Below are positions 56,191-63,917 of a DNA stretch of 63,917 nt, in pieces. Origin of the DNA: Octopus bimaculoides (lineage: Eukaryota); NCBI RefSeq assembly GCF_001194135.2, contig NC_068984.1:40949019-41012935 (forward strand). The letters run 5' to 3'. Each line of letters starts with the position of its first letter. Position 1 is the first letter of the stretch. Under the pieces are notes generated by a model, which made no database searches, was not told the DNA's origin, and was given only the letters and a program-made list of their open reading frames with translations. The position numbers and the translations under genes were made by a program.

Positions 56191-57219
56191 CAAGGTCAAG
56201 ACAAACACATTTTAAGGTAGAGAAGAATCTTTAAACTTGCAGGGGATGAGACAACCTTTGTAGTGTTCATGATAAAATGTACTTAAATTCTTTTAGTCTT
56301 TCCAAGAATATGACTACCTCTTTAGTGCTGGTGCCATAATAGAATGTATCCAGTACATTCTGTAAAGTGGCTGGTGTTAGGTAGGGCATCCAGCTATAGA
56401 AAACATACAAAAAAAGAAGTGTATAAGTAAGACATAGTCCTCAACACATCTAGGGGGGTAGTAACTCTTGCTGTGATGACCCATTCACCTCCAATGTTAG
56501 CCAGCGTGGCAAAAATCATAAAATGGCATTGATGGCAATTCTGGTTCAAAAGTACAGTGAAGAGTTTTCTTTACTGATGACCCCAATATAAGCATGTAAT
56601 TTGTTGTCTCCCATATTTGCCAAGGCACTGAAAATTTATATTGGTCAGTGATTGATACTGTTTTTCTCTCATTGCTTAATTGATTTCTCATTAGCTGTTT
56701 AATGCTCCCTGTATTAAATGTCATCATTATCATAGTCATTTAGCATCCACTTTTTCATACTTGCTTGGGTCTGACAGAATTTGTTGAGTGAGATTTTCTA
56801 CAGTTTTCTTGTCACCAACTTTCACCTATTTCTAAGCAAGATAATATTAACCGTGGCCTGTCGTTTTTCACAAAAGACTGGAAATGAACAACAATGCTTG
56901 TATGACAGTGATGCTTGTTAGAAGTAAAATAGAGATTATATGACAAGTAGAGAATGGTGGAGTAGAGGGACAAACAGACAGACAAATTGTTTTACATTGT
57001 TTACATTAAATTCATTTTTCCCCCTCTAAATAATCTCCATGTTTGACGTTTGGCACTCATCTCTTTGAAATGTCTGAAACAGCTATTCATAAAGCATACA
57101 GTTTAGCCCTATTGTCTCTGTCTATTTGTTTGTGTCAAAGAAAATCCTTAATTGTTATTGTTTATGTTTCACTGACAACTGAAAAATATTTGTCACCTGA
57201 TTTTGTTCTTTATGTGCAG

Positions 57220-57332
57220 ATCACCTCCACTACCAATCACATGTTTCCATGGAGACTGTTTTGTCGATTGTGTTGAAGTGCTGAGAGATTACAACTCTAC
57301 GAAAGGATTAAAGTTCATTCTTGTAACTGAAG
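57220..57332 (+). CDS. PHAF1: PHAF1 coding exon 8 (113 nt)
   Basis: tgcag|(K)SPPLPITCFHGDCFVDCVEVLRDYNSTKGLKFILVTE-G|gtgagg. Phases are consistent with both neighbouring exons. The human counterpart is [23 protein letters not shown]. Confidence 0.92.
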
Positions 57333-57644
57333 GTGAGGGACTTAGATTTAAAGTAGTGTTTTCCATTAAATATGTCCATTACTAGTGGGTTTATGTTGAC
57401 CAATAAATAAATAAATAAAGGAAAGAAATTCATTAAGAATGAAAATCAGACCTCAGTATGATCATGTTGAAAGCATTTACAAATAAATTAATACAGTACA
57501 GGGTGTTTGGGCTAAATTTGACAGTTTGCATAAAAGGTAAAGAAAACACAATATACCATCCAAAAATAAAAGTAATTGTAAAAGAAACAAAGATATCAAC
57601 CAGATTATGGCTGGGAGATAACAGTTTACTCAAAATAACTGCCC

Positions 57645-58135
57645 TTAGTTTCCACTACAGCCTCAAGATGGCTCTGGAACCTGGCACTGTGTTCCTCACT
57701 GTGTCCTCTGGAAGGTTTTCAAACACATCCTTGATCTTTATTTTTACAAGCAAAGTGGTTGGTTTCATTTTCAATCACACCCCACACATAGTAATCCATG
57801 GGATTACAATCAAGGGAATTAGGATGCCCAAAATCAGGGCTTGCTCAGTCATAGATACTCTCCGACAACTACTTCTGATCTTCCTGAAGGTACAGCAAAT
57901 AGCCAAATCCAGCTGCCTCACATATGGACTTCCAACAGCAACCCTTGCCAGCCAGAGATTGATTACAGTTTCCAACAACTTCACATAACCAACTGAATTG
58001 AGCCTAAGGCCCTGTTCAAAGGTGTGGTGATGAATTTCTGCTAGAAGATGCAGTTAGAAATGCTTGGTGTGTCCTTTCCTGCTGGCCAAGGCTTTGTAGT
58101 CTCCATTGCAGCTGTCTGTGTCACATTTTATAGCC
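57645..58135 (-). mobile_element. Decayed Tc1/mariner-superfamily transposase C-terminus
   Basis: The reverse strand gives GLRLNSVGYVKLLETVI, HPNSLDCNPMDYYVWGVIE and RFQSHLEAVVE with frameshifts. The SPDxNPxDY-type third acidic residue is D, as in DD37D/maT-like families (tentative). Confidence 0.82.
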
Positions 58136-58873
58136 TTTACAATGTTCACAGAGCACTGAGCAGCAGTCACAATCTTGGCATTTTGATACTTTTAACACAA
58201 TACAGGTAACTCTTTTCCAGTATTCAGTTGGCTTCCAGCTGTCCATGTCAGCTAATTTTTTCCCAACTGAAACTTAAATTATTATGCTCTCCAATGCTGT
58301 TTACTGTTTACCAATACATGAAGTTTTTCCTGAAAAAAGGAGATATAAAAAAAAATCATCAAATTTAGCTCAAGCATCCTGTTTAGCTTACTACAAATTT
58401 TGTTTACTTGTCTTACTTGTCTTAAATCATTATCAATTTACACCCTTTTTTTACATGCTGGCTTGAAATGGATGTGTCTCAGTCTCATTACATCATCTGA
58501 TACAAAACTAGAGCACTAGAGAAAACTGACCAAGTTAGTTGTACATGTCTTACAGTGTGAATTGGGTTGTACCACTGACACTATAGAAGTTGAATATAGC
58601 AGGAATAAAGATGTACTCTCCCCTTTATTAGTAATTATATGGCATTCTACCTTGATTGTACATTCCATCTTTGACACAGTTTCTATTGCTGGATACCTTT
58701 TCTATCACCATCCACTTTACACCATATAGTGAGTCCATTTTATGATACCACTAGCATTAGAGAGACAGTCTGGGACATAACTAAGGAGTCCCATCTTCCA
58801 TTTTATCAGTTCTTATTTAGACAAGTAGCCTATAATGCCACTTGTATAGTTCATGTTTCATTTATATGTTTCT

Positions 58874-59104
58874 TATTTCTTTATTGCCCACAAGGGGCTA
58901 AACACAGAGCGGACAAGCAAGAATAGACAAAGGGATCAAGTCGATTACATTGACCCCAGTGCGTAACTGGTACCTAATTTATCGACCCCGAAAGGATAAA
59001 AGACAAAGTCGACCTCAGCGGAATTTGAACTCAGGACATAACGGCAGACGAAATACCACTAAGCATTTCGGCCGGCGTGCTAACGTTTCTGCCAGCTCGC
59101 CGCC
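58874..59104 (-). mobile_element. SINE family B, full length, young
   Basis: The reverse strand starts GGCGGCGAGCTGGCAGAAACGTTAGCACGCCGG; CpGs are intact. Confidence 0.92.
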
Positions 59105-59699
59105 AATAATTTGTTTATATGCTTCTATAACCTGATACCCTACCTCATGCCAACAATTTTACACAGTATACTGGGTTCATTTTTTCATGGCATGGCACCA
59201 ACACTAGTGAGGTCACTCTGTAACTCACGAGATTAAAGTGCTTCTGAGCTTCAGAAATTGAATTTCCTTGGTTATAGCCATTTACCACATTTATTACATC
59301 TGATATAACATACATTTAAGAAGTTAAATGAATATTTCCTGAAAACTCTTAAATATTTCCAGATTACAACTTCTTCAGAATCAGAATGTGAAGAAATTGA
59401 AGCTAGTTATTGAGAACCAAAAATATCTGCAAGACAAAAGTAAAACTAGAAGTCTGTCAGATGTATTCTAGTTGTTTATTTGAATATTTGTAGCAATATA
59501 TGATTTAATAATGAGCATATACTTATTTTAGTCAGAAGCTGTAGCTATTTCAGGGAACTGTCATTAATGAGCTCCAGCATGGTCACAGCCTCTGTTTGCT
59601 TATTGTTGACAGAGATTTAAAAATACCGCAGTAGGGAGGTTGCTTTGATGATTTTAAATAAATGCAGTGTCATGTATATAACATTTGTCTTTTTGATAG

Positions 59700-59776
59700 G
59701 TAATGGTTCCAGCAAACTGTTAGACACAAGAAAGAAAACAGTAGACAGAATTGTTAGATTCTCAGATTCTTGTCAA
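59700..59776 (+). CDS. PHAF1: PHAF1 coding exon 9 (77 nt); gene continues
   Basis: gatag|(G)NGSSKLLDTRKKTVDRIVRFSDSCQ|gtaagt. The human counterpart ends ...VFERSVYFGDSCQ. Total spliced length is 729 nt with an open frame. Confidence 0.88.
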
Positions 59777-60139
59777 GTAAGTAAGCGTTCTTAAATATGT
59801 TATTTTTTAATTCAAATATGCAATAGGATTGATGCTGTATCCAGAAGTAACGATATAAGATCTGCATACCAAAACTTCATTCAATGAGTAGGCTTACATA
59901 GTAATAGCTTGTTTAAGGAAGGGAGAGAATTTAATTTACTACATGATACATTGTATAATGCCAGGATCTGTTTCAAGTAAGGAAGTAAACTTGCCCATTC
60001 CCTGTTACATTCTCAAATGGAAGTAGAATTACAACATTCATCTTCCTTTAAGAAAAACTATGAATTATGAGATTAAAATGACCAACAGTTGTTGTAGTAA
60101 CACCAATCTGGAATCAGATTTTATGTTTATATTTACTGG

Positions 60140-60255
60140 CATAGCTGTGTGGCTAAGAAGTTCGCTTCCTAACCACATAGTTTCGTGTTTAGTCCTACTG
60201 CATGGCACCTTGATTGATCAAAGCCTTGTGAATGGATTTGGGACATGAAACTGAA
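60140..60255 (+). mobile_element. SINE family A 5' fragment
   Basis: GCTGTGTGGCTAAGAAG...AACCACATAG...GGCACCTTG...AAAGCCTTGTGAATGGATTTG. Confidence 0.75.
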
Positions 60256-60601
60256 TGATACCTGGTGTGTATTTATGCATGCACTTCTCAGAAAATTGTT
60301 GGGCTACAAGCAGTAATGTTGGCATTTTCCTTGTCAACAAATCAAGTTCCTTAGAATTAAGAATTTTAAAACAAAACATTTGATCAGGATTTTACTTTAT
60401 TTAGTGATCTTGAATACAGTAACCTAGAAAATTGATGCTTCTCTTACCAAAACACACATTTTTTTCTACTAAACAGAGTTGCACTTGATAGAAATATATC
60501 TAAATTTCTGTCATGATCTTCAAAAGAGTTACCACATTCAGTAATGTCATCTAAATATGAGTAAGTAGATTTTAGGTTATTTTAGGTTATTTTAGGTTAT
60601 T

Positions 60602-60762
60602 CTGAGTGGTTGGCGTTAGGAAGGGCATCCAGCTGTAGAAACTCTGCCAAATCAGACTGGAGCCTGGTGTTGCCATCCGGTTTCACCAGTCCTCAGTCAA
60701 ATCGTCCAACCCATGCTAGCATGGAAAGCGGACGTTAAACGATGATGATGATGATGATGATG
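60602..60762 (+). mobile_element. Young 5'-truncated RTE 3'-tail copy
   Basis: GGTTGGCGTTAGGAAGGGCATCCAGCTGTAGAAACTCTGCC...GGACGTTAAAC followed by (GAT)n. Confidence 0.92.
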
Positions 60763-61948
60763 AATTCAATTAATCACTCATTGAAAACATACCACTGCAT
60801 TCATGCAGCAAAATTGAAGTCTTGTATATTGATACAGTTATCCCAAAGCTTAAAAAACAGTGCAAGGACAGTCAAAAGTTGTTAGTTGTCATTGGTAGCT
60901 GATAAAAAGTATGTTTTATATCAGTCTTTCCAAATATGACTATTAAGATACAGCATTAAGTAACTCTCAATGATATGGATTGGAAATGCTTTAAGAAGGG
61001 TTTGAATGGTGGTAAAGAAATTAATGGCAAAGCATTCTTTGTGATTTTGACATTCTGTCACAACAAAAACTTGAGTTCCCCCATGTTAAGTTATTGGGTT
61101 CTATGATGATGTCTTTTGATTGGGCAGTTTACATTTTTGTTTTACAAATTTGCAATCATCCATAGTATACTTTGGAGTTAGTTTAGCAATAGATTTGACA
61201 TTCAGAGTTAAAGTAGTGAAGAGTGTAACTGGTTGAATCTTTAGGCAAGCAATATTTGTCATAACTAATCTTGCTTATTAAATTTAAATACAACTGAAGA
61301 ATGTTAAAGATGGAATTCCGGTTAATTATTATATCTGAGCAGAGACTGGGCATAGCAAACACTAGCTGCTGAGTATAACTATTCAGTATTTTGAATATCA
61401 ATGTTCATGTAATTTGGGAACTAAGCTTTGTTGATGCTAACACAAAATTATTTCTGAATGGTTTATTGACTAAACCATTCTGCTTAGCAGTTAGGTGAAA
61501 TAAAATTATTAGAGCTTCCACTGTCAACTATGATGTTGAGTGGTTATTAATCACTATAATGATGCACGAAAGAAAGGATATTCCAATAAAGTTGATAAAC
61601 TTAATATTACTCAAAGAAATTAATGTGTTGGCGGTTGGATTTGCTGACCCAAGAAAAATGCCCTTTTATTTGACACGTGTGGTTTAGGGTATCTTTTGTT
61701 GGACATTCTCTCTGATTTTGACTATAGTTTTACAAGGTCTGTTCAGAGTTGCCTCTCTTAGGTACCTCCCATTGATAAAAGCCAACTAGCTTGTCTGGGA
61801 GTCCTGATAGGTGGCAACACTGAACAGATATAGTGTGCTTTCATACCTTTTTACCATAAGAGAAATATTTTCTCTCTGGTAACTGGAGTGAATATATCAC
61901 AAACATTTTAACTAACTTAAACTTTGCATGCATGCATGTATGCATACA

Positions 61949-61979
<31 letters not shown>

Positions 61980-62188
61980 GTACACACACACTGTTTTGAC
62001 ACTACTACTTTCAGTTAAATTCTTCAACTAGGAGTAGAAATTGGTTTGAGGGCTTCTGTTGACTGTTACCTGCAAGTTGTAAGTTGATGTCTTGCAAACC
62101 CTTCATTCATTGGTTAAATATCCTTAAGATAATTCATCATGTATTGTTAGTTATCACAAACTTATATAAATTTGTATATTTTATAAGA

Positions 62189-63425
62189 TACTAGCAGAGC
62201 AACCCAGCGTTGCCCGGGAATGAAATTGTTGCTTATATACTGGAAGGAAAAAAGCAAAATATGCTGTATAGAAATCTGAGGACATTCTGTAGATGGATTC
62301 TCAGATGAATGATGACTGGGCACCTCTCATGAATTGGAAAATTGAAGATGCGCCAAAAAGCCTCATTGGTACTTGGAAACTTTTACGAAAATTAAAATGT
62401 GGCTTAAATGAAAAAAATGATTTACGTGAATATCCTCACAAGAGTAATTGAAATAAATTGCGATTGTGGAACCTCTCACGCACGCACGAAAGCACACACA
62501 CAGAGTATCACACATCAGATGAAATGGAAGTGTGTGTGTGTGTGTGACAGAGAGAGAGAGAGCGGTTTGTTGTCATGTATACGTACATGCATAAATATGC
62601 ATACATCTTTGTGTGTGTGCGTGTGTATGAGAGAGAGAGAGAGTAAATTATACTATATATAAAACAGAGATGTGTGTGTAATTGACTTCACCAAATGCTT
62701 CTATACTTGTGATGTGTGAATAATTTGACCTCGGATAAATGTTAGGCTCTTCATTTGATTTTTTTTATCTCTAATTAAAAATAAATAATATTGCTTTATA
62801 TTTANNNNNNNNNNNNNNNNNNNNNNNNNNNNNNNNNNNNNNNNNNNNNNNNNNNNNNNNNNNNNNNNNNNNNNNNNNNNNNNNNNNNNNNNNNNNNNNN
62901 NNNNNNNNNNNNNNNNNNNNNNNNNNNNNNNNNNNNNNNNNNNNNNNNNNNNNNNNNNNNNNNNNNNNNNNNNNNNNNNNNNNNNNNNNNNNNNNNNNNN
63001 NNNNNNNNNNNNNNNNNNNNNNNNNNNNNNNNNNNNNNNNNNNNNNNNNNNNNNNNNNNNNNNNNNNNNNNNNNNNNNNNNNNNNNNNNNNNNNNNNNNN
63101 NNNNNNNNNNNNNNNNNNNNNNNNNNNNNNNNNNNNNNNNNNNNNNNNNNNNNNNNNNNNNNNNNNNNNNNNNNNNNNNNNNNNNNNNNNNNNNNNNNNN
63201 NNNNNNNNNNNNNNNNNNNNNNNNNNNNNNNNNNNNNNNNNNNNNNNNNNNNNNNNNNNNNNNNNNNNNNNNNNNNNNNNNNNNNNNNNNNNNNNNNNNN
63301 NNNNNNNNNNNNNNNCATCTACAGAATGTCCTCTCAAATTTCTATACAGCATATTTTGCCTTTTTTTCTTCAAGTATATAAGCAACAATTTCATTCCCGA
63401 GCAACGCCGGGTGCCTCTGCTAGTA
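62189..63425. mobile_element. Element or pair with ~108-bp inverted termini spanning an N-gap
   Basis: 62189-62295 (TACTAGCAGAG..ACCC.GCGTTGCCCGGGAATG...) is the reverse complement of 63317-63425 with ~9 differences. The ACTAGC..ACCCGGCGTTGC start resembles non-autonomous Helitron/Helentron ends (recalled). Confidence 0.7.
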
Positions 63426-63429
63426 CTAC

Positions 63430-63620
63430 ATACACTCCACTCTCTCACTCTGTCTCACACACATACACACGCACACATACATCCAAAAATGATGGATGCA
63501 TATGACAACACACCCCTTGACTCACTCACACTCTGTCTCTTACAAACACACACATACATAAATATATACAAACATATTTACAAAGACACACGTGTGTATG
63601 CGTGTGTGCTGTGTGTGTGT

Positions 63621-63652
<32 letters not shown>

Positions 63653-63917
63653 GAGAGACAAAGCCATTGAAGGGGTGTGTCGACAATTATACGTACATAC
63701 ATAAATAGTCATACATTTCTTGTACGTATGTGTGAGAGAGAGAGAGAGAGAGAGAGTCACTGAAACATCTCTCTGTCTGTCTGTTTGTCTGTCTCTCTCT
63801 CTCTCTCACACACACACATGCAGATATACACACAGAAAAGATGTATGCATATGTATTTATGTATGTACGTAGACATCACAACACACCCCTTCACTCACAC
63901 ACATACAGAAACACACA
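63430..63917. repeat. Mixed CA/GA/GACA simple repeats
   Basis: Directly visible. Confidence 0.85.

Noticed and set aside
57458-57988. 176-aa + strand ORF
   Set aside because: It is antisense to the decayed Tc1/mariner transposase and lies within PHAF1 intron 8, with no recognisable motif.
59363-59471. Exon-like stretch after ttccag (LQLLQNQNVKKLKL... or ITTSSESECEE...)
   Set aside because: It has no similarity to PHAF1, and exons 8 and 9 already join in frame. Only RNA-seq could revive it as a cassette exon.
60570-60601. TTAGG-containing repeats as telomeric sequence
   Set aside because: The unit is a 10-mer present three times, not a TTAGGG/TTAGG array.
59777-63917. Search for PHAF1 exon 10 (expected DVLSxLGxPxKVFYK)
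   Set aside because: No match seen; it presumably lies beyond the window or in the gap.

Overview
This is AT-rich, microsatellite- and retroposon-dense animal DNA with 8 N-gaps. The repeat landscape suggests an octopus/coleoid cephalopod draft assembly, which is an inference. The provided ORF track is almost all noise; the real genes are spliced and I reconstructed them by hand. (1) CBFB (core-binding factor beta, the RUNX partner) is on the - strand: coding exons 1-3 at 8404-8327, 8190-8104 and 7715-7596 (95 aa), with the rest left of the window. (2) PHAF1/C16orf70 (UPF0183) is on the + strand: coding exons 1-9 from 9425 to 59776 (729 nt, 243 aa, open frame, all GT-AG introns, 39,322-bp intron 1), with the rest not found here. 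The genes are head-to-head with 1,020 bp between ATGs, inside a CpG-retaining, TE-poor island. The two genes are also neighbours in human, which makes this the main finding. Octopus-type CBFB also carries Thr at the Asn63 RUNX-interface position. The rest of the window holds decayed RTE LINEs, RTE 3'-tail copies, at least three tRNA-derived SINE families, hAT MITEs, a decayed Tc1/mariner transposase, an inverted-repeat element around the last gap, and SSRs. Repeat boundaries were placed by eye and are approximate, roughly +/-20-50 bp. No bacterial-type system (CRISPR etc.) is present.
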